Positions 8,373-18,698 of a stretch of 64,000 nt of DNA are shown one piece after another; position 1 is the stretch's first letter, and every line of letters starts with the position of its first letter. This stretch comes from a virus. The stretch lies in the IMG/VR virus record IMGVR_UViG_3300021478_000016, positions 64,001 to 128,000 of that record, one strand, 5' to 3'. The position numbers and the translations under genes are program-made. The notes beneath the pieces are model-generated. The model worked only from the letters and a program-made list of their open reading frames with translations, was not told where the DNA came from and searched no databases.

Positions 8373-9752
8373 ATGAGACCCAAGGTCCGTCTCAACGCTC
8401 GCCGGTTCCGCAACAGCCTGATGACGCAGGCGTTCCAGCAGCCTGCTGTGATCATGCAAGCGCGCGTGCTCAACGTCAACATGGTCAACTGGACCGTGGA
8501 CGTCATCAGCCAGTTCGATCGCCACTACTTCAGCGACATCCAGGTCATCTCACCCTACCTGCACTACGACAACGGCGAAGGCATCTACGTGATGCCGGAG
8601 GTCGGAGCCGTTTGCATGGTCTGCATCCCCAGTGATACGACGCCGCCCTTCGTCGCTGGCTTCGTCGCTCCGATGGAACAGCGTGGCGGTCAGCAGCTTC
8701 AGAACCCCACGGACCCCAACAGCGCCATCAACACCACCGTCTTTGGTACGCAGGCCATCGACCCGAATCAGACGACTGGAGCTGATGCTCCTGCTGGTAC
8801 ACGCTCTCGAGGCAGCAACACGACCCAGTTCCCGGACGTGGATGCTGCCTTCTCGGCTGGGCGTCCTGCCGTGAACCCAGGGGACATCATGTTGCGGACG
8901 CGCGACGACAACTTCATCACGCTCCATCGTGGTGGTGTGCTGAGCCTCGGCGCCACCGAGCTCGCGCAACGCATATACATTCCGCTGGGCGACAAGATCT
9001 TGGACATCTCCGGCGAGTACGAGCACCAGAACATCGGCGGCTCTGTGCACTGGGGACTCCAGCAAGGTCCGAAGACGGACAACCCTGCGGTGCAGAACAT
9101 GGAGTGCTACCGCGTCTTCGCCAACGATCAATACGCGGACATCCGAGTGGCGAAGGGCAAGGTTCTCAACCCCATCGGTGAACCAGATCAGAACGGGGAC
9201 GAAGACGACATCGCGAACTACAACCTCGGTACCGACAAGGACAAGGGCTACATCTGCTACGAGGTTGCTGTGGCTGCGACCCAGACGTCTGGGAACGGTG
9301 GCTTCCAGGCAATGTCGGGAGATCCCTCTGATGCCAACGTCCGTAACCAGACCGTGTTGCGCTTCTTCTTCGACATCGCCGGCGGAGTCTTCCTGCGGGC
9401 AGAAGGCAACGCCGTCTTCTCCTTCCACAAGAAGCTGAAGATCAAGGTCGAAGATGACTTCACCATCGAGTGCAAGACGCTCAGCATCATCGCGAGCGCT
9501 GGGGCTACGATTGGTGGAACGGACCTCACGGAGATCTCCGGGAACCTGGTGAAGTTCGCTGCCGGTGAGGGGCTACCTGCTGCTCGTCAAGGAGATGCCA
9601 TCCAGGTGAGCATGTCGGGGGTGACGCTCACAGGGGTCATTGCCTGCGCCGGCATCGGGCCATCGCCACAGCCCTGCACCATCACGATTGCCACAGCAGC
9701 CCCGCAGCCTGGTGGAATTGTGATGACAGGGAACCCGAATGTGCAGTTGTAG
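8373..9752 (+). CDS. Baseplate hub/spike-like protein (gpV/gp5 OB-fold type) with a C-terminal PAAR-like motif
   Basis: N-terminal ARVLNVN...G+YVMPEVGAVCMV pattern typical of spike OB folds; beta-rich C-terminus; LPAARQGD. Confidence 0.6.
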   Translation: MRPKVRLNARRFRNSLMTQAFQQPAVIMQARVLNVNMVNWTVDVISQFDRHYFSDIQVISPYLHYDNGEGIYVMPEVGAVCMVCIPSDTTPPFVAGFVAPMEQRGGQQLQNPTDPNSAINTTVFGTQAIDPNQTTGADAPAGTRSRGSNTTQFPDVDAAFSAGRPAVNPGDIMLRTRDDNFITLHRGGVLSLGATELAQRIYIPLGDKILDISGEYEHQNIGGSVHWGLQQGPKTDNPAVQNMECYRVFANDQYADIRVAKGKVLNPIGEPDQNGDEDDIANYNLGTDKDKGYICYEVAVAATQTSGNGGFQAMSGDPSDANVRNQTVLRFFFDIAGGVFLRAEGNAVFSFHKKLKIKVEDDFTIECKTLSIIASAGATIGGTDLTEISGNLVKFAAGEGLPAARQGDAIQVSMSGVTLTGVIACAGIGPSPQPCTITIATAAPQPGGIVMTGNPNVQL

Positions 9753-9775
9753 GTTGCCTGTGGTAGCCATACCCT

Positions 9776-10318
9776 ATGCCCTACAAGGACCTGCGTAAGA
9801 GGCGAGAAGCTGGAAGGGAAGCCTCTGAGAGGTGGAGGAAGAAGAACCCTCACTACATTCGATCTTGGCAAAAGAAAAACCCTGACAAGGTGCGCGCTGC
9901 CTCTGGTCGGTACCGAAAGAGGCATCCCAATGCTTGGAAAAGAGATCACAGGAAGTTGATGCGAGACCCGATCCGGCTCGCAAGTAAAAGAAAACGGGCG
10001 AGAGAGCGCCAAGCACTGAGACGCTTACAGCAAAAGCTCAAGATCTTCGAGATCAATCTAAAGAGCAAGTATGGTCTTACTCTGGATCAGTACAACGCCC
10101 TCAAGAAGAAGCAGAGAGGCCGGTGTGCCATCTGCCGCAAGAAGGAGACAGCCAAGCCTTCGAAGGGTAGAAAGAAGGCACGAGGGCTATCTGTTGACCA
10201 CTGCCACAAGAGGAAGAGGGTTCGCGGTCTGCTGTGTTCTAGGTGTAATGCGGGGCTCGGTCAGTTCCTGCATAGCATCCGACTTTTGCGTCTAGCGATC
10301 TGCTACATGAGCCGCTGA
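9776..10318 (+). CDS. Endonuclease VII-family His-Me finger nuclease (probable free-standing homing endonuclease)
   Basis: KYGLTLDQY...QRGRCAIC...LSVDHCH...VRGLLCSRCNAGLG; basic N-terminus; lower GC than its flanks. Confidence 0.88.
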   Translation: MPYKDLRKRREAGREASERWRKKNPHYIRSWQKKNPDKVRAASGRYRKRHPNAWKRDHRKLMRDPIRLASKRKRARERQALRRLQQKLKIFEINLKSKYGLTLDQYNALKKKQRGRCAICRKKETAKPSKGRKKARGLSVDHCHKRKRVRGLLCSRCNAGLGQFLHSIRLLRLAICYMSR

Positions 10319-10319
10319 C

Positions 10320-10922
10320 ATGTCCGACTTCCAGCTCATCGCTTCCGGCAACCTGGGCACGCTCAACATCGGGGCTGCTCTTGCTGCCTCTGCCATCATC
10401 CCGCTGCTCGCGCAGATCGACCTGAACATCGCCTTCATCGGCGGTCTGAAGACGGAGTTCTCGGCGCAGTTCAACGCTGCCGTGAACTTTCAGATCAGCT
10501 TCTCGAATCCTCTGCTCACGCTCTCGGTGGGCATCCAGGCAGCTCTTCAGGTCATCGCGCAACTTCAAGCGGCGCTTGCCATTGGCATACCGCCACTCAC
10601 CGTCACCATCTCCGCTTCCATCGCCATCGCAGCAGCCGCCGCGATAAAGATCGGCCTCCTCAACGTGGCCATCGATGTTGCCCTGGGTGTGGTGGGTGTG
10701 GGCGCCAGCTTCCTCGCCAGTCTTCAGGCCTCGCTGAGCGCCGGACCCGTCACGATCTACGGCTGGAGCGGCATCCCCATGAGCACTCTTCAGGGGGAGA
10801 TTGCCGGGCATAACTTCCTGGCGGATGGCTTCTCTCCCGCTTCGTCGGTGTACGGTGTTATGTTGATGACGGCCTCACCTTCGGCATTCGCTGGCATGCA
10901 GTTTCTCTTTCTGACGATCTGA
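10320..10922 (+). CDS. Hydrophobic Ala/Ile-rich protein, probably virion structural
   Basis: 200-aa ORF, composition and position within the operon. Confidence 0.55.
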   Translation: MSDFQLIASGNLGTLNIGAALAASAIIPLLAQIDLNIAFIGGLKTEFSAQFNAAVNFQISFSNPLLTLSVGIQAALQVIAQLQAALAIGIPPLTVTISASIAIAAAAAIKIGLLNVAIDVALGVVGVGASFLASLQASLSAGPVTIYGWSGIPMSTLQGEIAGHNFLADGFSPASSVYGVMLMTASPSAFAGMQFLFLTI

Positions 10923-10935
10923 CTGGAGAACAAAG

Positions 10936-13029
10936 ATGGAGCCTCTGTTCCACGAGTCGACGCTGATGCTCGAGAAGACCTCCGCCGAGGTCAACCTGCC
11001 GGACGACCCGAACCAGTGGCCGACGGAGATCTTGCAGGAACTCTACAAGCAAGTGCCGTATGTCGCCGACTTCGAACCGGACATCATCATGGATCGGGTC
11101 GATGCCGAAAAGCGGTACGGCTTCGGGCACATCGAGGTGGCGAACAAGAGCGAGATCCAGGACCAGCCCTCGAGCCCTGCGGCTCAGGCAGCCGGCATCC
11201 GGCACGTTCGCATCCCCATCATCGTCCGGGAGGGCAAGCTTCTGCCCTTCGACGTCATCGTGACCGACACGCAGAAGATGCTGCCGCTCACCGAGCGTCG
11301 TCTCCGCCAGGCGCTCTTCCGCCCGCAGCTCTTCGACGTCACCAGCCGTACGCCGGGTGACCAGTCCATGATCTCCCAGCTCTACCCGCCGTACCGCCAG
11401 AACTACGGCTTCGGCGGTGGTGGGTCGGTCATGACGGCGGGCATGGGCAAGGAGGGCCAGGAGATGCGCGCCCTCAACCGCGGTGCCTTGCCTCCGCCGA
11501 ACCAGAAGGCGGACAAGCAGGACCACACGCCGGGGGAGATTGCTCCGGTGGAGAAGACCGGCTCCCTGCTCGAGGCGGTGCTGTCCACCATCAACCCGTC
11601 CGACTACCGCGCCTTCGCTGCGGAGGTGAACGAGCCGGAGGTGAAGGTCGCTCTGCACCAGAACGGGAGAGCTCTTCAGCCTTCGCTCGAGAAGCTCTCG
11701 AAGTACGAAGCGCCGAACCTCAAGGGACGCACGGCGAAGCTGGCTGCCGCAGTGAGGCCGACGGTCGTGCAGGCCACGCACGTGCCGGGCATCGGTTACT
11801 TCGTCAAGAGCGCGAGCTACCGCTTCTGGCGGCCCACGGTCGAGAAGCTCGATCGTGGGGAGATGCTCCGCAAGTTCGGGGCCGAGAACACGCTCGAGGT
11901 CGACCAGCATGGTTCGGTCACCGCCGGCGAGGCGGAAGTCGAGGCCGACCTTCCGGAGAAGGACGACCCGGAGATCATCTCCGAGTACGGCATCTACAAG
12001 GTGCAGGACACCAACGGCCGACAGCTCATCGGCTTCGTCTTCCCGAACCTGCTCGACCTCGACGGCTCGCCGCTGCCGCTGGCTCTCTTCACGAACGGCT
12101 CGCAGACGGCGATGCAGGGGGAGATCGTGGGTGTGCGTGTCTCCGAAGGCGCAGCCCTCATCGAGGGTCCGCCCAAGGGTCACGGCATCTTCTACACGGT
12201 CTTGCCGAACGGCAAGGCTGTGGCCACGGTGCCCTTCGACATCCAGGCGGGTCTGAGTCAGGGCGGCGAGTCTTCGATGATGGCGACCTCGCCCACGCAT
12301 GGAGGGCAGGAGGTCCGGATTGCTCTCCAGCCGAACCTCAAGACGGTGACGCAGAACGGGGATGCCATGTTGGTGCCGGACGACTGGCACTGGATGCCGC
12401 TCGACGAGAGCGACAGCGTGGCGCTCGTGGACAAGGCGGACATGGTCGAGAAGGAGGCCGGCGTTCATCCGTACCGCTGGGTGGAGCTGCGCGCCGGCGG
12501 GGCGAATAGCTTCTCGGTCTCCGGTCTTCCTGTGGAGAAGCTGGCCGAGGCCGACCGTTCGTTCCTCTCGATCAACGACACGCTCTTCCTCCTCACGGGT
12601 CTCGGCATCTCGCCGAAGTACGGCATCCAGAAGATGGGGGAGGCCATCAACTGGAACGAGCCCGTGCGCATCCGCACGAGCCGCGACATCAACTCGTCGG
12701 AGTCGGTGATGGCGGAGATCGGCGAGAAGATCGCCAACATGCCCGCCTTCCCGAACATCCGCCAGAGCCTCATCAAGGAGTCCGCGTTCATCCCCGACCC
12801 GTCGGCGGTGGACACGGTGCTCAGCCTCGGGTTCGTGAACCCCGAGAACGTGCTGACCTTCATCGGCTACATGCCGTCCATCGACGAGGCGCAGAGCAAG
12901 CTCTGTGAGCTGCTCATTGCTTCGAGGCTCGGCGTGCAGGACCTGAACGACGCTGCCCTCGAGCGCGCCATCCGGGGAGTGGAGACGGCTTTGGAAGGTC
13001 TTCGTACGCTGGCCTTCCAGTCGAACTGA
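10936..13029 (+). CDS. Head-associated structural protein with K-x-A sites
   Basis: GGAG SD; 697 aa; AKLAAA, VKSASY, EKEAGV, EKLAEA, EKIANM and EKTGSL. Confidence 0.6.
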   Translation: MEPLFHESTLMLEKTSAEVNLPDDPNQWPTEILQELYKQVPYVADFEPDIIMDRVDAEKRYGFGHIEVANKSEIQDQPSSPAAQAAGIRHVRIPIIVREGKLLPFDVIVTDTQKMLPLTERRLRQALFRPQLFDVTSRTPGDQSMISQLYPPYRQNYGFGGGGSVMTAGMGKEGQEMRALNRGALPPPNQKADKQDHTPGEIAPVEKTGSLLEAVLSTINPSDYRAFAAEVNEPEVKVALHQNGRALQPSLEKLSKYEAPNLKGRTAKLAAAVRPTVVQATHVPGIGYFVKSASYRFWRPTVEKLDRGEMLRKFGAENTLEVDQHGSVTAGEAEVEADLPEKDDPEIISEYGIYKVQDTNGRQLIGFVFPNLLDLDGSPLPLALFTNGSQTAMQGEIVGVRVSEGAALIEGPPKGHGIFYTVLPNGKAVATVPFDIQAGLSQGGESSMMATSPTHGGQEVRIALQPNLKTVTQNGDAMLVPDDWHWMPLDESDSVALVDKADMVEKEAGVHPYRWVELRAGGANSFSVSGLPVEKLAEADRSFLSINDTLFLLTGLGISPKYGIQKMGEAINWNEPVRIRTSRDINSSESVMAEIGEKIANMPAFPNIRQSLIKESAFIPDPSAVDTVLSLGFVNPENVLTFIGYMPSIDEAQSKLCELLIASRLGVQDLNDAALERAIRGVETALEGLRTLAFQSN

Positions 13030-13031
13030 CG

Positions 13032-13988
13032 GTGATTCGAAGAGCCTTCTGCGAGTACTTCGTCAAGGCCCTGATTCTGGACCCCAGGGGCTGGGACGAC
13101 CTACAGATCCAGCGTTTCCTGGACGCTATGTCCCTGGACTACCCGGGACTCTGGTACATCTCCGGGCTGCGTGACAACCTCGCTCCGCCGGAGACCTTCC
13201 ATCCGAAGGACCGTAGGCACAAGCCATCTCGCAACTTCCTCATCAAGGAGCAGGTCCTCGACTTCTTCGAGAACGGGCCGGACATGCAGAAGGCGAGGGA
13301 GATCGCCGACCGGCCACGGGCCAGAGAGTTCGTCGAGTCGATGCTTCTCTCGGTGGCTCCTGCTCTGGCCATAGCTCGACGTCTCGCCGACATGTACCGC
13401 ATGCGGGGGATGAGCGTTCGAGGCGTGGAGCTCTACCGGCACTACTACTTCAACGTCGATCTCCTCGACTCGAGCGAAGCAAGAGCGCTTCTCCAGCTCA
13501 AGATCTCACGCCTTGCCAACAGCGATGATGAGGAAGAGCGACGGCACGCCGACGCCCTCAAGAGGGCGTACTACACAGACCCTCGTCGTACGGCTGCGTC
13601 TCTCCCCCACTCGCCGGTGAGCGCGCTCATCGCCCAGCTCCAGATGGGCCTCGTCCCGCAAAGCCTCGACCTGAAGAAGCTCACCGAGAGCAGTGAGATG
13701 CTCGCGCATCTTCGCCTCGCTGAGGCACTCGCTGCGGGAGGGATGAAGTTCGATCTCCAAGCCCTCAACCTGGCCACCGTCGCGAGCATCCTCCAGAAGC
13801 TCAAGGAGACCAAGCTCCGTCCGGAAGATGAGCTCAAGGAGCAGCTCGCAACTTTGTCCGTCAAGACCAACCCGAGCGCGCTACCCTTGGTCTCTGAGGT
13901 GACTGGCGGCCACCACACGGTTGACTTGGTGGCCCTCCCTACGTCAAAAGAACCTGATGAATCAGAACTACAACCGGGTAAGAAGTGA
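13032..13988 (+). CDS. Hypothetical protein (upstream of terminase)
   Basis: 318-aa ORF tightly coupled to the upstream gene. Confidence 0.65.
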   Translation: MIRRAFCEYFVKALILDPRGWDDLQIQRFLDAMSLDYPGLWYISGLRDNLAPPETFHPKDRRHKPSRNFLIKEQVLDFFENGPDMQKAREIADRPRAREFVESMLLSVAPALAIARRLADMYRMRGMSVRGVELYRHYYFNVDLLDSSEARALLQLKISRLANSDDEEERRHADALKRAYYTDPRRTAASLPHSPVSALIAQLQMGLVPQSLDLKKLTESSEMLAHLRLAEALAAGGMKFDLQALNLATVASILQKLKETKLRPEDELKEQLATLSVKTNPSALPLVSEVTGGHHTVDLVALPTSKEPDESELQPGKK

Positions 13989-14493
13989 CGATGGCGATCA
14001 TCTGGCGTCCTCGGACAAGTTCCTGAAGGACGCCATCGGTGGGACGAAGCCCCTCACCGACAAGACCAAGGCACTCGAATTCAAGACCCGTCGAGGCACC
14101 CTCTTCAACGTCGAGATGGGAGTCGACGGAGAGGACCTCATCTTCCACTTCTACATGCCGGTCACGAGCGACGCCGAGGCGTTCTTCCAGAAGCTTGGAG
14201 CGAAGACCGAGCGTGAACGCACACTGCTCGTGCGGAGCTACTGGGACGAGCTCTTCCCCGCCTCACTCGACGCCACAGCCCAGAGCTACTTCAAGGCCGA
14301 AGCACCTCGCCTCGAGGCTCAACACATCTCGGACCCGAACATGACCACCCAGTTCGACGGTCGGGAGTGCCAGCTCGATTCGTGGTGGCTGCGGGCGCGC
14401 AGCTTCGCCAACAACACGCTCGATCTCGACCTCTTCGTCGAGCGGTTCTACCTTGCCCTCGAGAGTTCCCTGCTCAGCAAGAAGCGTATGTAG
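13957..14493 (+). CDS. Hypothetical protein
   Basis: ATG at 13957 overlaps the upstream C-terminus; codon usage resembles its neighbours. Confidence 0.6.
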   Translation: MNQNYNRVRSDDGDHLASSDKFLKDAIGGTKPLTDKTKALEFKTRRGTLFNVEMGVDGEDLIFHFYMPVTSDAEAFFQKLGAKTERERTLLVRSYWDELFPASLDATAQSYFKAEAPRLEAQHISDPNMTTQFDGRECQLDSWWLRARSFANNTLDLDLFVERFYLALESSLLSKKRM

Positions 14494-14738
14494 CGGGTGG
14501 CGAAGACCACACCACCTACATGCCAACCGGCGACCTCCGCGTAGCTCATCACGTACTCGCGAACGGCCGCCTTCGACTCGGAGGTGAGCGCATCCCTCAA
14601 CTTCAGCGTGACCACGTAGCCCTTCGGATGAGGGTCCATGAGGCACTGGTCATCGAATTGATCTCCGGCTCTGTTGAGAGAGCTCCAGAGCCCGGAGACC
14701 AAAGCCTGAGGGTCGCTCGTCTTCTCTGGAGGGAACAT
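14448..14738 (-). CDS. Small hypothetical protein on the opposite strand
   Basis: Most protein-like frame filling the gap before TerL; start uncertain. Confidence 0.4.
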   Translation of the reverse strand: MFPPEKTSDPQALVSGLWSSLNRAGDQFDDQCLMDPHPKGYVVTLKLRDALTSESKAAVREYVMSYAEVAGWHVGGVVFATRYIRFLLSRELSRAR

Positions 14739-16557
14739 GGGTCTCGAACCTGAGACTATTGGAAAGTTCGGGACGACGGAAGACGAGTACTACGATCTCG
14801 AAGAACTGGCCCCGGCCGACAAGAACTGGCTGGCAGAGCCTGAAGACTTCGACGACTTCATCGAGCTCGAGTACGAGAAGAACCTCGCCCCTAGGCTCAC
14901 GGAGATCTCCCTCTCCGAGTTCACCCACGTCTCCTTCCGCATGCCGACGGAAGACGGCGGCGCCTACGAGAACTTCTCGTTCAAGGGCCGTCGGCACATG
15001 GTCCGCATCTACGACACGCCGGCGAAGCGCATCTTGCTCGTATGCGCACGCCAGGTCGAGAAGTCGACACTGCTCGGCAACCGAGCCATCGCGTACTCGT
15101 GCCTCGTCCCAGGCTTCAAGACGCTCTACGTCTCCCCCACCTCGACCCAGACCAAGACCTTCTCGACGGACCGTCTGAAGGAGCCCATCGAGACCAGCCC
15201 GATCTTGCGCGCCTTCACGACGACGATGCTCTCGCAGAACGTCTTCGAGAAGCAATTCGTCAACTGGTCCAAGATCACCCTACGCAACGCCTTCCTCAAC
15301 GCGGACCGGACCCGAGGCATCCCTGCCTGGATGCTGGAAGTCGATGAGTTCCAGGACGTCCTTTCGGAGAACGTCCCGGTCATCGAGCAGTGCACCAGCC
15401 ACGCACCCGAGAAGTGGAAGCGCTTCTGTTACGCCGGCACGCCCAAGAGTCTCGACAACAACATCGAGTACTACCGGGCGCAGCTCTCGACGCAAGGAGA
15501 GTGGGCGGTCCCCTGTGACTCCTGCGGTTCGAGCGCCGGCGCTGGGCGGTACTGGAACATCCTCGGAGAGAAGAATCTCGGCAAGCACTCTCTCATCTGC
15601 GAGAAGTGCGGAAAGCAGATCCACCCACAGCACGACGAAGCGCAGTGGGTGCAGATGGTCAAGTACGACGCGAAGACCACGCCCTTCGAGAGCTACCGCA
15701 TCCCGCAGCTCATGGTCCCATGGAAGTCGTGGGACGAGATCATGCTGGATTACCTCCGGTACCCGAGGGACAAGTTCTACAACGAGGTCCTCGGTCTCTC
15801 GTACGACTCGGGCATGCGCCCGCTCACAATGGCGCAGGTCAAGGAGTGCTGCCTCGATCGGCTCTCGATGCACCCGGCCTACCTCGAGCGGCTCAAGAAG
15901 AAGATGGGCGACACCCCCATCTTCATGGGCGTCGACTGGGGCACTGGCGAGCATACGTACACGGTCGTGGTTCTCGGGGCGTACTTCGACATGGACTTCC
16001 GCATCTTCTACCTGCATCGGTGCACGGGGGCTGAGCTCGAACCACCTGTCCAGGAGAAGTTCATCGACGACCTCATCGAGCAGTGGAACCCGCTCATCAT
16101 CGGTGCGGACTACGGCGGTGGGTTTCACTCCAACGACCATCTCGTTCGCAAGGTGGGTCCGAAGAGGATCGCCAAGTTCCAGTACATGGCTCGCTCGAAG
16201 AGGAAGGTCGAGTGGGACCCGAAGCTCCTGCGCTACAAGGTTCACCGGACGGAGGTCATGAGCGACCTGTTCAACGCCATCAAGAGGCAGAAGCTCCACT
16301 TCCCCCGTTGGGTGGAGATGCAGAACCCGTACGCGCAGGACATGTGCAACATCTACGCGGAGTACAACGAGCAGCTCCGCATGATCATGTACGACCACAA
16401 CCAAGACCGGCCGGACGACACGTTCCACGCAGTGCTCTACTGCTTCCTGGCCTCAATGATCAAGTTCCCACGCCCGGACATCATCACGCCGCTGCGAGAG
16501 GATCAGAACCGTGGTCCGCTAGTTGGCGGATACACAGGGCCTATCTACCAGGGCTAG
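14737..16557 (+). CDS. terL: Terminase large subunit (lambda gpA-like)
   Basis: ARQVEKS (Walker A-like), LEVDEFQD (Walker B), AGTPK coupling motif, CDSC/CEKC, YNEVLGLSY, and RNase H-fold motifs MGVDWG and DDTFHA. Confidence 0.9.
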   Translation: MGLEPETIGKFGTTEDEYYDLEELAPADKNWLAEPEDFDDFIELEYEKNLAPRLTEISLSEFTHVSFRMPTEDGGAYENFSFKGRRHMVRIYDTPAKRILLVCARQVEKSTLLGNRAIAYSCLVPGFKTLYVSPTSTQTKTFSTDRLKEPIETSPILRAFTTTMLSQNVFEKQFVNWSKITLRNAFLNADRTRGIPAWMLEVDEFQDVLSENVPVIEQCTSHAPEKWKRFCYAGTPKSLDNNIEYYRAQLSTQGEWAVPCDSCGSSAGAGRYWNILGEKNLGKHSLICEKCGKQIHPQHDEAQWVQMVKYDAKTTPFESYRIPQLMVPWKSWDEIMLDYLRYPRDKFYNEVLGLSYDSGMRPLTMAQVKECCLDRLSMHPAYLERLKKKMGDTPIFMGVDWGTGEHTYTVVVLGAYFDMDFRIFYLHRCTGAELEPPVQEKFIDDLIEQWNPLIIGADYGGGFHSNDHLVRKVGPKRIAKFQYMARSKRKVEWDPKLLRYKVHRTEVMSDLFNAIKRQKLHFPRWVEMQNPYAQDMCNIYAEYNEQLRMIMYDHNQDRPDDTFHAVLYCFLASMIKFPRPDIITPLREDQNRGPLVGGYTGPIYQG

Positions 16558-17366
16558 TGCACGCGCTTCGAGTCGACGCGTACCCACTTGCGCTTGTGGC
16601 TAGAGGCCTCGGAGTCGAGCTTCAGCCTGATGTCTTCCTTCATGGCGATGCGGACGAGATGGGAGATGCCGCGCGTCACATCGCCATCTCGAGCCTCTGG
16701 GAAGGCCTTGTTCGCCTCTGCGGCCCCATCTCGCAGCCGGCAGAAGAAGTACGCCGCCTGTCTCATGCTGCGCAACGCGAAGCTGAAGTACGCGTAGGCC
16801 ACTTCCAGATCTTTCTGAGCGTGGAAGAAGTCACGTGGTGCCTTGGAGACCATCTGCTGGCCGAGCATGATGAAGTGCAGCCAGGGCTCTTGCGTCTTCA
16901 TGAAGTGCGCGGCGAGAATCAGATACGTCTCATCTACGCTCAGGAAGACCTTGGCCCAGTCCATCACCTCGACGGCTGTGAGTGTACGCAGGTCGCTCTT
17001 CAAGGCATTGGCGACACGGCGGTACATCGCCTCGATGTCATACGGATCTTCCGGGAGCCTTCTTTCTTTAGCCCCGAAGAGATCTAGGACTTCATCGAGC
17101 TTGCGTTCCACCCTCTTGCCGACAGCGTATGCAGTCAGGGCTCGGTTGTAGATCTTCGAGAGATGGACTCGGTCCTCGACCACCTTGAGGACCTCAGCCA
17201 CATCCGAGATGTGGAACATCGGCTTCGCACCTGCTGGATTGCAGGACTGGAGAATGCCCTGGGCGATCATCTTGTTGACCGCACCGAGTGTGACGCAGAG
17301 AGTCCGTGCAACTTCGACCTTGGTCAGCAGCAGGTCGTCCGGAGCCTTCTCTTCGGCTTTCGGCAT
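16554..17366 (-). CDS. Excisionase/MerR-like HTH DNA-binding protein
   Basis: LLTKVEVARTLCVTLGAVNKMIAQGIL...FHISDV at the N-terminus. Confidence 0.7.
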   Translation of the reverse strand: MPKAEEKAPDDLLLTKVEVARTLCVTLGAVNKMIAQGILQSCNPAGAKPMFHISDVAEVLKVVEDRVHLSKIYNRALTAYAVGKRVERKLDEVLDLFGAKERRLPEDPYDIEAMYRRVANALKSDLRTLTAVEVMDWAKVFLSVDETYLILAAHFMKTQEPWLHFIMLGQQMVSKAPRDFFHAQKDLEVAYAYFSFALRSMRQAAYFFCRLRDGAAEANKAFPEARDGDVTRGISHLVRIAMKEDIRLKLDSEASSHKRKWVRVDSKRVH

Positions 17367-17406
17367 GTGCTATTCCTACAGTAGAATCCACCAGGGAGCA
17401 CTGACA

Positions 17407-18690
17407 ATGGACCTTCCGTTCCTGATGCTCTCCCAGTCGCGTGGACGCTCGATCTCCGGCGAGGAGCTCGAGGCGTTCGGCAAGAAGGCTGCGGAGCTCT
17501 GGTCTTCGAGCGAGAAGACCCTGAACGATGCCGTCGTCGAGACCGTCAAGCAGGCCGGACTCACGCCGGAGCAGGTGCGGAGGGTCGTCGAGTTCGCGAA
17601 CACCTCGGCGTACCTCGGCGAGTTCAAGAAGGAGGGCTCCACCCATCGGGTCATCGAGTTCTCAGGTGGCCCGGCAGACCCAGCGGCCGTCCTCCAGGAC
17701 CTCAACGACGGTGGTGGAGGCTCGGTCCGGGATCGAGGCATGCTCGACTATCAGAGCCCCCCCTCTCGCAGCAAGACCGCCTCGACCGACGAAGACCTGT
17801 CGCTCAAGCAGGCATTCGAGGTGGAGAAGTCGGCTGGCATCCCGGAAGAGAACCCTCTCGGCGACGTCATCGACCTACGCGAGAAGATGGCGGGTCTGCA
17901 TGACCACATCACTTCACAGATCAGCGGCCTCGAGGTCATGTACATGGATCTCTGCGAACGTCTCTTCGAGAACGTGAAGCAGGCGTCTCTCGAGGGGTAC
18001 ACACTCGGCGAGGTCGTGCAGGTCTGGTCGAAGGTGACCGACGAACCCGTCTTCTTCAAGACGGCCTTCGACATGCTCTCGAAGCGTCTGGTCGACAACG
18101 AGGTCTTCCGCTCCACCCTGGACATCGCCGAGTCCCTCGAGAAGACGGGGTCCTCGCGGCTGGTCAACATGGGTCACCCGTTGATCGCCGACTTCCAGGA
18201 GTACTGCGACGTCCTGATGAAGCTCGCCGGTCTGCGCGGGCAGCAGGAGAACGCCGCCTCGGCCCTTCAGGAGACCACGGAGTTCATCCTCCGTCCGGAG
18301 AAGCGCGCGAGTTTTCGCGATAGCTCCTCGGCCAGCCAGCAGGCCGGAGAGCTGAAGCAGGCTGCTGGTGGGGCGATCGGCCAAGTGCTCGACGTCGCTC
18401 GTGCCGCCGGCGAGAAGGTGGCGCCGGCTGCCGGCAAGGTCGTCGGTTCCGTCATCGGACAGGGCCCTGGAGCTCAGGAGGCCGGCAAGTACATCGGCAA
18501 GGCCATCCAGTACACGCCGCACGCCATCGGCGCGGCTCTCGGCCTGCGCGCACTTCAGCATCTACAGGCGGCGGGCCAGAGTCCGATCGGACACGCCGTC
18601 AAGTCCTTCGTGCCCGGCACGGCGGACTACCAGCAGAAGCAGTACGAGCTCCAGATGCGGTACGGCGGCATGCCGTTCGGGACCTACTGA
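17407..18690 (+). CDS. Head polyprotein-like protein with many K-x-A sites and a C-terminal Gly/Ala-rich module
   Basis: GGGAG SD; GKKAA, VKQAG, SKTAS, EKSAG, EKMAG, VKQAS, FKTAF, MKLAG, EKRAS and LKQAA. Confidence 0.7.
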   Translation: MDLPFLMLSQSRGRSISGEELEAFGKKAAELWSSSEKTLNDAVVETVKQAGLTPEQVRRVVEFANTSAYLGEFKKEGSTHRVIEFSGGPADPAAVLQDLNDGGGGSVRDRGMLDYQSPPSRSKTASTDEDLSLKQAFEVEKSAGIPEENPLGDVIDLREKMAGLHDHITSQISGLEVMYMDLCERLFENVKQASLEGYTLGEVVQVWSKVTDEPVFFKTAFDMLSKRLVDNEVFRSTLDIAESLEKTGSSRLVNMGHPLIADFQEYCDVLMKLAGLRGQQENAASALQETTEFILRPEKRASFRDSSSASQQAGELKQAAGGAIGQVLDVARAAGEKVAPAAGKVVGSVIGQGPGAQEAGKYIGKAIQYTPHAIGAALGLRALQHLQAAGQSPIGHAVKSFVPGTADYQQKQYELQMRYGGMPFGTY

Positions 18691-18698
18691 GGTGGACG

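Noticed and set aside
10936-13029. Portal protein
   Set aside because: Size and position are compatible, but no portal motif was recognised and it carries many K-x-A sites. Portal and tape measure are probably outside the window.
14737-16557. Inteins or introns in TerL (or in RNAP)
   Set aside because: No C/S...HN splice motifs or unexplained large insertions; the motifs are contiguous.
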